Assembly: GCA_019752125.1 (NCBI GenBank)
Contig: JAIEMM010000002.1
Location: forward strand, 67,062 to 131,061
From: Patescibacteria group bacterium
GTDB lineage: Bacteria; Patescibacteriota; Minisyncoccia; Phycocordibacterales; SBAW01
Direction: 5' to 3'
DNA length: 64,000 bases
Below are positions 26,995 to 35,718 of the stretch, in pieces. The notes beneath the pieces are model-generated. The model did not search any database. It was not told the origin of the DNA and saw nothing but the letters and a program-made list of their open reading frames with translations. The position numbers and the translations under genes are program-made. Numbering within the stretch: the first letter of the stretch is position 1; every line of letters starts with the position of its first letter.

Positions 26995-27903
26995 CTAGTT
27001 TTTGCTGTTTTGACAATTTTTAAAAATGAAGCAAAATGTTTTTTCTTGAGCGAAAGCCACACTTGCAGGCTTTCCCTTCTCTACTATTACTACTGAATTG
27101 ATGCCCAAAGATCCAAAGAACGCGAACCCAAAAAAGATAGCTGCCACTACGGTGACTGAAGCTACCGCAAATCCTGTCTTCCATATACTTCTTTTAGGGC
27201 GCAAGATTGGCTGTGCTGTGTGTGCTGGTTTGGCTATTTGAGCCACTACATACTCATCTTTTCTTACCTCTGCTGCTGGTTTTGTCCTTTTCTGTATTGC
27301 TGGAAACAAAGGGCTGTTGTCAGGGATGTACGTAAGGGATGTTTTAAATGGAACCTTCTTTTCTGCAATTACTGGTTTTGCAAAACCTTCAGCAACAAAA
27401 GCTGCTTCAGAAACAAGCTTCCCGGAACGCGGAGAATTCTCTGCTAAGAATTCTCCTACGTACGGCACCGTCGTGCCTCCCTGCATTCCGGCTAAACTTA
27501 TTTCTTTAGCAGCTTCGACAGCTGGTGTCACGGTAGACTCTACTTGCGCAACCACGACGGGTGCAGATGCCGAAACAGGAACTTCTTGAGAAAAAGTCTG
27601 GCGCAAGGTTTCCGAAGGAAACCGAGGACCCCCGAGGACTTTCTCGAAAGAAGGTTCCTGTGTAGGTTCAGTCTTTTCCGGTGAGTTTGTATTCTGCGCA
27701 GGTGTCGCCAAGCTCTGACCTCTCTCCTTGCCGAGATACTCGGCAAAAGAAGCTTCATCTACATACCACGCACGACCTACTTTAGTACCAGAAACTCGGC
27801 CAGCTCGGATAAGCTGTCCTACGTAGTCTGGGTGATACTTATTTTCTTTAGCAATACGCTTAGCCGAGATGTATCGCTTTCCCGAGATTTCTAATTCATC
27901 CAT
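26995..27903 (-). CDS. Excisionase-like HTH protein with long linker and C-terminal TM helix
   Basis: YISAKRIAKENKYHPDYVGQLIRAGRVSGTKVGRAWYV resembles the N-terminus of the giant protein; TM near the C-terminus; TATACT 7 nt upstream. Confidence 0.85.
   Translation of the reverse strand: MDELEISGKRYISAKRIAKENKYHPDYVGQLIRAGRVSGTKVGRAWYVDEASFAEYLGKERGQSLATPAQNTNSPEKTEPTQEPSFEKVLGGPRFPSETLRQTFSQEVPVSASAPVVVAQVESTVTPAVEAAKEISLAGMQGGTTVPYVGEFLAENSPRSGKLVSEAAFVAEGFAKPVIAEKKVPFKTSLTYIPDNSPLFPAIQKRTKPAAEVRKDEYVVAQIAKPAHTAQPILRPKRSIWKTGFAVASVTVVAAIFFGFAFFGSLGINSVVIVEKGKPASVAFAQEKTFCFIFKNCQNSKN
27575..27661. repeat. 87-bp hairpin element within the coding linker
   Basis: Imperfect arms of about 24 nt (ACAGGAACTTCTTGAGAAAAAGTC / GACTTTCTCGAAAGAAGGTTCCTGT) and a perfect inner hairpin GGTTTCC-GAA-GGAAACC (27607-27623). 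Confidence 0.65.
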
Positions 27904-27927
27904 ACACAGCAGTATATCTCGGTAACG

Positions 27928-27949
27928 AAAACCCCCACTTGGCGGGGGT
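27928..27949 (-). terminator. Probable intrinsic terminator after gatB
   Basis: Minus strand ACCCCCGC-CAA-GTGGGGGT followed by a short T tract. Confidence 0.65.
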
Positions 27950-27971
27950 GTGCAAAAGTCCGTTTTATCGT

Positions 27972-29336
27972 CTATTGGAGCGCTTTCTTAAATTCCTCGG
28001 CAAGCGCTGCAGGGTTTGCTGAACCCTTACTTTCCTTCATTCCCTGTCCTACAAGGAACTGGAGAGAAGCGGCCTTCCCTGCCTTGTAGTCCGCAACTAC
28101 TGCCGGCTGAGCTTCGATAATTTTCTGAACAAGAACGGGTAGTGCCGCGTTATCGATCGCAGCAACTATCTTGCCAGTAAGGATCGCTTGCTTTGCCTGA
28201 GGTGACGCCATGGTGCCATCGGCATACTTTCGTACAACTTCAGAGAGGAACACGGCCTCTGGAATGGCCCAGGACGCATCTTTCTTCAGCTGCCCAGCAA
28301 TATCATTAAGAATAAAATTTGCAGCAATTTTTATCATCTCAGGAGAGTCGAGCTCTTTTTCCATCTCGCCAAACAATGCGGCAAGTTTCGCGTCCCCCAC
28401 CAACTGCTCTATGTCTTGGCTCTGCAAGAAACCGAGCGCAGTGAGACGTTCTCGTTTCTCCGAAGGTATCTCGGGTAGAGATGCACGGAGTGTTTCTGCC
28501 GAAAGTTCCGATATCTCGGATAGACGAAGCTTAGGGAGATCTGGGTCTGGGAAGTAGCGGTAGTCGTGGCTCGATTCTTTTTTACGCTGAGAGAATGTGC
28601 TCTGCGTATTCTCGTTCCAACCGCGTGTTTCCTGTACTAAGGTGCCGCCTTTTTCAAGCACCTCTATATGGCGCGCAACTTCGTATGCGATAGCTCGCTC
28701 AACCGAGCGGAATGAGTTAAGATTTTTGACTTCAACTTTTGTGCCAAGCGTGTCGTCGCGACTAACAGAAATATTAGCTTCCACACGCATCTCGCCCTTC
28801 TCCATATTTGCCTCCCCTGCTCCAAGGTAGCGGAGCAACAGCTGAAGTTCCCGTGCAAAATTACCTGCATCTTCTGCGGTATGGATGACAGGTTCTGTAA
28901 CAAGTTCCATCAATGGAACACCTGCGCGGTTGTAGTCGATGAGACTGTGATCTCCCTCGTGTTGCGAGCGAGCTGTATCTTCCTCGAGATGAATACGAGT
29001 TATCTGAACGTTACGAAGTGACCCACCACTTACAAGTGGAAACGCAAACTGGCTTAATTGGTAGCCCTTAGGAATGTCTGGGTAAAAATAACTTTTACGG
29101 TCAAACTCTGTATAGTCTGCGAGCTTCGAGCCAAGCGCGAGGCCCATCCTAAGTACATGTCGCACGGCCTCTTTGTTTATCACAGGAAGCGAGCCTGGGT
29201 GCGCCATACATACAGGGCAAACATTTACGTTTGGGCGCTTTTCATCAGCGTCGTTGAGACACGCGCAAAACATCTTCGTGCGCGTGTTGAGTTCAGCATG
29301 GATTTCAAGCCCTATGGTTGGGCGGTATTCTGCCAT
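27972..29336 (-). CDS. gatB: Asp/Glu-tRNA amidotransferase subunit B
   Basis: IGLEIH, FDRKSYFYPD.PKGYQ, HLEED, NRAGVPLME, EVKNLNS and YRYFPDPDL motifs. Confidence 0.97.
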   Translation of the reverse strand: MAEYRPTIGLEIHAELNTRTKMFCACLNDADEKRPNVNVCPVCMAHPGSLPVINKEAVRHVLRMGLALGSKLADYTEFDRKSYFYPDIPKGYQLSQFAFPLVSGGSLRNVQITRIHLEEDTARSQHEGDHSLIDYNRAGVPLMELVTEPVIHTAEDAGNFARELQLLLRYLGAGEANMEKGEMRVEANISVSRDDTLGTKVEVKNLNSFRSVERAIAYEVARHIEVLEKGGTLVQETRGWNENTQSTFSQRKKESSHDYRYFPDPDLPKLRLSEISELSAETLRASLPEIPSEKRERLTALGFLQSQDIEQLVGDAKLAALFGEMEKELDSPEMIKIAANFILNDIAGQLKKDASWAIPEAVFLSEVVRKYADGTMASPQAKQAILTGKIVAAIDNAALPVLVQKIIEAQPAVVADYKAGKAASLQFLVGQGMKESKGSANPAALAEEFKKALQ

Positions 29337-29348
29337 AACCCTTATATA

Positions 29349-30317
29349 CTACCGCAAAGCAGCAATAAGTGTATCTCGAAGATTCTTAACTGATTCATCA
29401 TCCAGGACAGAGACAAGGACCGTCCTCTTCCCCTCTTTTGCAAATAAGCCTTGTATTTTTTGTATATATTCAGAATCTCGGGTATCCGACTTCGTCAGTA
29501 CGATAATTTCATCCTTCTGTGACAGAACACCACCCTCAAATGCGCCGAGTTCCCCGCGGATAAGTGCGTAGTCTTCCATCGGAGTATCGGACTCGAGTGA
29601 CACACAGTGCATTAAAAACCGTGTACGCGAGATATGACGGAGGAAACGAGAACCGAGCCCCTTCCCCTCTGACGCACCCTCGATAATTCCTGGAATATCG
29701 GCAAGTACAAATCCGTACAAAGCGCCCAAGTTAGGGTCGAGCGTAGTAAAGGCATAAGAACCAACCTTAGCGGACGCTCCAGTTAATGCGTTGAGAAGTG
29801 ATGACTTCCCCGCGTTCGGCAAGCCTACCAGCCCAGCATCTGCAATAAGGCGCAGCTCGATGCGCAGCTGAGCAGTTTCGCCTCGCGCGCCTGGCGTACA
29901 TTCCATTGGGCTCTGATTCACAGACGACTTGAAGGCGGTATTCCCCGCTCCACCACGACCGCCCTTGAGCACGAGTATCGGCTTATCTTCCTCTATAAGT
30001 TCAAATTCTTCTCCGGTGCTTCCGTTACGGACGATAGAACCTACAGGCAAATCTAGCGTAAAATCTTTTCCTCCCCGACCGCCTCTATTTTGATTTTCTC
30101 CATCCTTTCCATCTTCCGCCTGGAATTTTTTCTCTCCACGATAGCGAGCAAGCAGGTTGATATCTCGTACGCCACGGATATAGAAATCTCCACCATTACC
30201 ACCATTACCACCAGAGGGCCCAGAATATTCTTTGCCTTTTTCGTGCAACCAACGCACGACGCCATCCCCGCCATTGCCAGCGCGCGCGGCTATTGTCATT
30301 TCATCAATAAATGCCAT
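29349..30317 (-). CDS. obg: GTPase Obg/CgtA
   Basis: Gly-rich Obg fold with GLPNAGKS, FTTL.P, ADIPG and TKSD motifs. Confidence 0.95.
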   Translation of the reverse strand: MAFIDEMTIAARAGNGGDGVVRWLHEKGKEYSGPSGGNGGNGGDFYIRGVRDINLLARYRGEKKFQAEDGKDGENQNRGGRGGKDFTLDLPVGSIVRNGSTGEEFELIEEDKPILVLKGGRGGAGNTAFKSSVNQSPMECTPGARGETAQLRIELRLIADAGLVGLPNAGKSSLLNALTGASAKVGSYAFTTLDPNLGALYGFVLADIPGIIEGASEGKGLGSRFLRHISRTRFLMHCVSLESDTPMEDYALIRGELGAFEGGVLSQKDEIIVLTKSDTRDSEYIQKIQGLFAKEGKRTVLVSVLDDESVKNLRDTLIAALR

Positions 30318-30680
30318 TTAATGTTCGAAGTTGTGTTTCGGTTTCTTAAGCAGCATATGGAGCACCATGGAAAGAACTGAAAGTATAAGCGTTGCTTCCA
30401 AAGCTGGGATAAAGCCACTGACAATAAACCCTGGCACAAGCATTGAGAGCAGCCAGAACAACAGTGCGTTGAGTATAAAAGAGAAAAGCCCGAGGGTAAG
30501 AATGGTAATCGGCAACGTCAGCAACCCAAGCAAGGGACGAACGGTGACCCCGACAATGCCCCAGAGCAATGCGACTAAAAGTGCTGTACCGAAGCTTGGA
30601 ATGACGATACCTGGCACAAAACGTGCAATAAGTAGCAGCGCCCCCGCAGTAACAAAGATGTGAAGTAGTGTTCTCAACAT
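30318..30680 (-). CDS. YvlD / 4-TM 'phage holin family' membrane protein
   Basis: RPLL.LLTLPITILTLGLFSFILNA signature. Confidence 0.85.
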   Translation of the reverse strand: MLRTLLHIFVTAGALLLIARFVPGIVIPSFGTALLVALLWGIVGVTVRPLLGLLTLPITILTLGLFSFILNALLFWLLSMLVPGFIVSGFIPALEATLILSVLSMVLHMLLKKPKHNFEH

Positions 30681-30697
30681 ATATGCATCTTAGTGCA

Positions 30698-31435
30698 TCA
30701 CAGGTACTTGAGCAATCCATCAAACCCAAATTGCATAAAGAAACCCATATATCCAAAGAGCATATAGAAACCGAACACAACGAGTATTCCTCCTGCAATT
30801 TTTGAAAGAAGCTCAACACTCCCCCTCATCTTCGCAAACCACTTTCCTGCGCTACCGATAAGAAATGCGGTGACCATAAACGGAAGTGTGAGTCCGAGTG
30901 AAAATACAAAAAGAAGTAGCGCACCTTGCGCAGCAGTTGAAGAACTTGATGCAAACAGCAGTACCGTTCCGAGTATGGGACCGACGCAAGGAGTCCATCC
31001 GAGCGCAAACAACATGCCTATAAGAAAAGAGCTTTCCGGTCGGCCGACGACAATAAAATGTGGCGTTCGTATACGACGCTCCGACATAAGAACAGGAATT
31101 TTAATAAGCCCGAGCATTGTCAGACCAAAGACAATAATAATTACACCAGCACCCTGGCTAATAAGCCCGCGCCAGGCCCCGAGCACTCCTCCAATACTTG
31201 CAGCAAACAATCCGAGCACTATAAACACCAGCGAGAAACCCACGCAGAACGCCAGCGCGTTGCGCATAACGCGGCGCTTTGCCTCACTAAAACCAGTTTT
31301 TGAAATTTCCTTCTCAGGCACTCCTGCAATAAATGCTAAGTAGCCAGGCACTATAGGCAGCGTGCACGGAGCGAGAAACATCAGTACTCCAGCAACGAAC
31401 ACTGCAGGAATCAGTGTAACCATGTCAGGCGTCAT
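30698..31435 (-). CDS. ccdA: CcdA / DsbD-beta family membrane electron transporter
   Basis: APCTLPIVPGY and GWTPCVGP redox Cys motifs; about 6 TMs. Confidence 0.9.
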   Translation of the reverse strand: MTPDMVTLIPAVFVAGVLMFLAPCTLPIVPGYLAFIAGVPEKEISKTGFSEAKRRVMRNALAFCVGFSLVFIVLGLFAASIGGVLGAWRGLISQGAGVIIIVFGLTMLGLIKIPVLMSERRIRTPHFIVVGRPESSFLIGMLFALGWTPCVGPILGTVLLFASSSSTAAQGALLLFVFSLGLTLPFMVTAFLIGSAGKWFAKMRGSVELLSKIAGGILVVFGFYMLFGYMGFFMQFGFDGLLKYL

Positions 31436-31848
31436 TGCTCTAGTATAGACCGAACTGAATTCAAAAACTCTTTGTCTTTTGGATGTGTAAGCAATTCGTA
31501 CGCTTCATCCAGCGTGGCCCAACGGACGCCAACTATTTCACCATCTTGAGGTCGCACTGCCGTCTGCGTAGTTGTAAAGAAAAATAATGTACGCGTATAT
31601 TCAGGCTCATCCAGCACTTCCCCCAGACCACCCTTACCTATACGTCGTCGTTTGTAGCTACCAAGAAGTTGTATGAGTGTGAGGTCAGTAATACCCGTTT
31701 CTTCTTCAATTTCTCGAATCGCTGCTTGGAGAGCGTCCTCCCCCATTTCAACGCCCCCTTTAGGGAATGACCAAACATTACTACCCTGATTCACGAGCAC
31801 AATACGGCCATCTGGACCTTTGATAATTCCTCCGGCAGATTCTCTCAT
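31432..31848 (-). CDS. NUDIX hydrolase
   Basis: Nudix box GGVEMGEDALQAAIREIEEETGI. Confidence 0.9.
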   Translation of the reverse strand: MRESAGGIIKGPDGRIVLVNQGSNVWSFPKGGVEMGEDALQAAIREIEEETGITDLTLIQLLGSYKRRRIGKGGLGEVLDEPEYTRTLFFFTTTQTAVRPQDGEIVGVRWATLDEAYELLTHPKDKEFLNSVRSILEQ

Positions 31849-31850
31849 AG

Positions 31851-34376
31851 CTATTCAACAATCTTCCACCCTTGGCTTAGCAATTGTTCTGCTTTTTTGA
31901 ATTTCATTTCGCGAGTCTCAACCCCATTAGTGATGGTAATTTTATCATTACGGCCGGTTGAGCGGACGATGGCGTCGGTTGCGGAGCCGAAGACCGACGC
32001 AGAGGTGTTGTCACCCGCTTGTAGATTTATAGTAGGAATTTCAGCAGGTGCAGGTTGCATTGCCTGTGCCGTAAGTCCATCAAGGATCTGGAATACGCGG
32101 TCTGCAAGCATATATTCCAACTCTTTATACATACGCGTGCCCTCTTTGCGGTACTCGGTAAGCGGGTCGCGTTGGCCGTAGGCGCGCAAGTTTACGCTGC
32201 CGCGTAGATACTCCATAGACTCCAAGTGCTCCATCCATAGCATGTCTATTGTCTGCAGAATGACGGTACGCGCAGCACCTAAAAACGCCTCACGGCCAAA
32301 CTCTATTTCTTTTTTCAAAACAATCTCTGCAGCTCCATCTAATTTTCCAGAAGGGTTTGAAGGGTCTGTCGCGAGTTCTGTAAGCACATCCTCTACATCA
32401 TCAAGAGTGCCAACCAACACCTTGCGGCGGCGATCGTAGACTGCCTTGCGCTGCCTGTCGAGCACGTTGTCAAACTCAAGCACATGTTTACGTGAATCAA
32501 AGTTAAACCCTTCTATTTTTGTCTGCGCACTTTCAAGCGCGCGCGTCACCATTGAGTTCTCTATAGGCTCATCTTCGGCTATACCAAAGCGGCCCATCAG
32601 TCCTTTAATGGAGTCAGGTGCAAAGACACGCATAAGGCTGTCTTCCAGAGAGACGAAAAATTGTGTCTCGCCCGGGTCACCCTGGCGACCGGAGCGGCCA
32701 CGCAGCTGGTTGTCGATACGGCGAGCTTCATGACGCTCGGTGCCAATAACGAAGAGTCCCCCAAGGGCTTTTACCTCGTCCGCATGCGTAGAATGTCCGC
32801 CAGCGCCACCCAACTTAATGTCGACGCCACGGCCTGCCATGTTTGTTGCAACAGTTACCTTCCCTTTCTCACCAGCTGACGCAACAATCTCGCCTTCACG
32901 TTCATGATTTTTGGCGTTCAATATTTCATGCGGAATACCCTCCTGTTTCAAATATGCAGAAAGTAACTCATTTTTCTCAATCGAGACAGTGCCTACAAGC
33001 ACTGGTTGGCCCTTTTTGTGGAGCTCTTTTACTTTTCGTGCGAGCGCCTTAAATTTGCCGTTCTCCGTCTGGAAAATCTGATCGTTACGGTCTACGCGCA
33101 CAACTGCTTTATTCGTTGGTATTTCAACCACCTCAAGTCCGTACACTTTATAGAATTCTTCTGAGGAGGTCTTTGCAGTACCTGTCATACCTGCAAGTTT
33201 GTCGTAGAGACGGAAGTAGTTCTGGTATGTGATGGATGCATAGGTGCGTGACTCTTTCTGTACGGGCACACCTTCTTTAGCTTCTATAGCTTGGTGCAGA
33301 CCTTCAGACCATCTGCGGCCTGGCTGCATACGGCCCGTAAATTCATCGACAATAATTATTTCACCATCTTTAGCAACATAGTGCTTATCTTTGTGGAAGA
33401 GCGCTTTTGCACGCACCGCTGTTTCCAGATGGTGCACGTATTTGATTCCCTTTTCTGTATATATATTTTCTACACCGAGCAACTTCTCTGCATGCTCAAT
33501 ACCGGCATCGGTAAGCTGGATAGCTTTTTGTTTTTCATCAACGGTATAGTCGGTTTCTGGATTGAGTTTTGTGGAAAGCTCCGCAAAGACTCTATACAGA
33601 TCTTCCGACTCAGCAGCAGGTGCTGAGATAATAAGGGGCGTACGGGCTTCATCAATCAAAATGGAGTCGATTTCGTCAACAATTGCAAAGTAGTGGCCTC
33701 GCTGACGTACCTCATTGGAGCTGTATGCAATATTGTCACGCAGATAATCAAAGCCGTATTCACTATTCGTACCGTAGGTTATGTCAGCCTCGTACGCTTC
33801 GCGACGGGAACATGGGCGCAGGAATTCATAAAATACGCGAAAGCTCCCCTCTTCATCGCGTATCGCATCATTTTCTGAATGCGCTCCGTCGTATATATAC
33901 GATTCATTATTATTGATGACACCAACAGAAAGTCCGAGTGCGGCATATACTTGCCCCATCCATACAGCATCGCGCCGTGCGAGATAGTCGTTCACCGTAA
34001 CAACGTGCACACCTAAACCAGGTAGTGCATTTAAATATGCAGGCAATGTTGCAACCAAGGTCTTACCTTCTCCTGTTCGCATCTCTGCAATACCACGTTT
34101 GTGCATAATGATGCCACCCACAAGCTGGACATCAAATGGACGCAAGTGGAGCGTGCGGCGCGCGCTCTCACGAACAGCAGCGAAGGCTTCAGGGAGAAGT
34201 GAGTCAAGCGTTTCTCCCTCTTTCAAGCGCTGACGGAACTCAAGCGTTTTTTCTTTTAGTGCCTCATTAGAAAGAGCCTGGAATTCAGGTTCAAAAGCAG
34301 CCACAGCTGCAATGGTCTTAGCATTATCCTTGAGAACACGAGACCCTCCACCAAAGAGATTTTTGAGCGAAATCAT
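31851..34376 (-). CDS. secA: Preprotein translocase ATPase SecA
   Basis: MRTGEGKT, DEIDS, TNMAGRG and QLRGRSGRQGDPG motifs. Start set at ATG 34376 (TGG-TAATCT 6 nt upstream). Confidence 0.97.
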   Translation of the reverse strand: MISLKNLFGGGSRVLKDNAKTIAAVAAFEPEFQALSNEALKEKTLEFRQRLKEGETLDSLLPEAFAAVRESARRTLHLRPFDVQLVGGIIMHKRGIAEMRTGEGKTLVATLPAYLNALPGLGVHVVTVNDYLARRDAVWMGQVYAALGLSVGVINNNESYIYDGAHSENDAIRDEEGSFRVFYEFLRPCSRREAYEADITYGTNSEYGFDYLRDNIAYSSNEVRQRGHYFAIVDEIDSILIDEARTPLIISAPAAESEDLYRVFAELSTKLNPETDYTVDEKQKAIQLTDAGIEHAEKLLGVENIYTEKGIKYVHHLETAVRAKALFHKDKHYVAKDGEIIIVDEFTGRMQPGRRWSEGLHQAIEAKEGVPVQKESRTYASITYQNYFRLYDKLAGMTGTAKTSSEEFYKVYGLEVVEIPTNKAVVRVDRNDQIFQTENGKFKALARKVKELHKKGQPVLVGTVSIEKNELLSAYLKQEGIPHEILNAKNHEREGEIVASAGEKGKVTVATNMAGRGVDIKLGGAGGHSTHADEVKALGGLFVIGTERHEARRIDNQLRGRSGRQGDPGETQFFVSLEDSLMRVFAPDSIKGLMGRFGIAEDEPIENSMVTRALESAQTKIEGFNFDSRKHVLEFDNVLDRQRKAVYDRRRKVLVGTLDDVEDVLTELATDPSNPSGKLDGAAEIVLKKEIEFGREAFLGAARTVILQTIDMLWMEHLESMEYLRGSVNLRAYGQRDPLTEYRKEGTRMYKELEYMLADRVFQILDGLTAQAMQPAPAEIPTINLQAGDNTSASVFGSATDAIVRSTGRNDKITITNGVETREMKFKKAEQLLSQGWKIVE

Positions 34377-34400
34377 GGGCAAAGATTACCATAAATATGT

Positions 34401-34435
34401 AGAAAAATCCCCCGCCAGCGGCGAGGGATTTTTCT
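34401..34435 (-). terminator. Intrinsic terminator downstream of the Lys-rich small ORF
   Basis: Minus strand AGAAAAATCCCTCGCC-GCT-GGCGGGGGATTTTTCT, fully paired with one G-U pair. Confidence 0.85.
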
Positions 34436-34478
34436 TTCGAGAGGATATCCTTTAATCGAATATTAAAGGAGAGAGCGA

Positions 34479-34523
34479 CTATGCGCGCTTCTTCTTCTTT
34501 GCTGCTTTCTTTTTCTTTGCCAT
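34479..34523 (-). CDS. Putative 14-aa Lys-rich peptide MAKKKKAAKKKKRA
   Basis: ATG GCA AAG AAA AAG AAA GCA GCA AAG AAG AAG AAG CGC GCA TAG; clean codon structure; followed by a hairpin and a terminator. Confidence 0.6.
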   Translation of the reverse strand: MAKKKKAAKKKKRA

Positions 34524-34671
34524 TGTAGTAGCGATCTGATCGCAAAATTTTTATGACATCGACCGACCTTGTGTAAAGTTTGTCCGCGGACAATTCAATA
34601 CACAATCTCGATGCTCTACCAATCAGTATCGAGTAAATAAGTTATAGATACAATGAAATTAATCTTCGCAG

Positions 34672-34680
34672 TGTGGATAA
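34672..34680. promoter_or_regulatory. DnaA box (single, perfect)
   Basis: TGTGGATAA, the reverse complement of consensus TTATCCACA, in intergenic DNA. Confidence 0.5.
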
Positions 34681-34707
34681 CTTTATTTTTTAAATAAAAA
34701 ATAATTT

Positions 34708-35715
34708 CTATAAAATTTTTACTTCTGGTTCAATTTTTATTTTCAACTCGTCAAAAACTTTTTTTTGTACAACATGTACAAGTTCTTTTACGTCCTGCGC
34801 AGAAGTTCCGCGCGTAGCAGCAACAACGAGTGCTTGTTTTTCAAACAAGCGTGCACCATTAACTGCATACCCTTTGAGATGCAGTGCATTATCAAGGAGC
34901 CAGGCCAAAGGTACTTTTACCCCCTCCGTTTCCGGCATGGAAAATAAAGGCATGTCAGGATATTTTTCTTTAAGAACCTCCGCATCGGCGCGCGACATAA
35001 TAGGGTTTTTAAAGAAAGAGCCTGCTGTTCCTAGGACTGAAAGGTCAGGGAATTTTCTATTGCGGATGGACAATATTTCACCACGAATTTCCTGCAATGT
35101 TGGTGTCTGACCCCCTGATGCAAAGCGCGCTTGCAGATCTTTGTAAGAAATATTTGGCGCAGGCGTAGAAGAAAGTCTAAGCGTTGCGGCAAGTACAACA
35201 TATCTTCCCTCCTCTTCTTTAAAGATGCTTCCTCGATATCCAAAAGCACACTCCTGTGCTGAAAGCATTTTTACTTGGTTGTTTTTCGTATCATACACAG
35301 CCACCAACGTCAGCACTTGTGAAAGCGCTGCTCCATAGGCACCTATATTTTGAACTACGGCCCCACCAAGAGTGCCTGGAATACCGGAAAGATTTTCTAT
35401 CCCCCACAAACCACGATCGACACAGAAAGCGACTAGTTCGTCCCAGTTCTCACCCGCCGATGCAGCCACACTAGTTCCATCAACAGTGATCCCGTTTTTG
35501 ATTTCAATTTTTATCACTAACCCATCGAACCCTTCATCTGGGATAAGCATGTTTGATCCTCCGCCCAAAATGAGGGTGGCTAGTTTTTTGTCCCGAGCGA
35601 AGTCGAGAGATTCTACAAGTTCAGCTACAGTTTTTACAACAACAAAATATCGCGCCAGCCCCCCTATCTTAAATGTCGTATAGGGTGCGAGCGCGATATT
35701 TTCTTGGAATTCCAT
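34708..35715 (-). CDS. murB: UDP-N-acetylmuramate dehydrogenase
   Basis: TTFKIGG, LGGGSN, GIPGT.GG, FGYR.S.F, AGSFFKNP and EPEV motifs. Confidence 0.95.
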   Translation of the reverse strand: MEFQENIALAPYTTFKIGGLARYFVVVKTVAELVESLDFARDKKLATLILGGGSNMLIPDEGFDGLVIKIEIKNGITVDGTSVAASAGENWDELVAFCVDRGLWGIENLSGIPGTLGGAVVQNIGAYGAALSQVLTLVAVYDTKNNQVKMLSAQECAFGYRGSIFKEEEGRYVVLAATLRLSSTPAPNISYKDLQARFASGGQTPTLQEIRGEILSIRNRKFPDLSVLGTAGSFFKNPIMSRADAEVLKEKYPDMPLFSMPETEGVKVPLAWLLDNALHLKGYAVNGARLFEKQALVVAATRGTSAQDVKELVHVVQKKVFDELKIKIEPEVKIL

Positions 35716-35718
35716 GGA

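Noticed and set aside
30318-30680. Holin as evidence of a prophage
   Set aside because: YvlD-like family is commonly chromosomal; here it is flanked by obg and ccdA with no phage genes.
32331-32366. Possible decayed hairpin insertion in secA (DPSNPSGKLDG)
   Set aside because: The peptide looks like a loop insertion, but the DNA arms pair poorly; cannot be supported without an alignment.
34324-34605. 93-aa minus-strand ORF overlapping the secA start
   Set aside because: It crosses a strong terminator and the secA start and has no recognisable features; the 14-aa ORF in another frame explains the region better.
34524-34707. tRNA, tmRNA, 6S RNA or replication origin in the murB-secA gap
   Set aside because: No cloverleaf or T-loop, no tmRNA-like tag or ends, the hairpin is too short for 6S, and there is only one DnaA box with no dnaA nearby.
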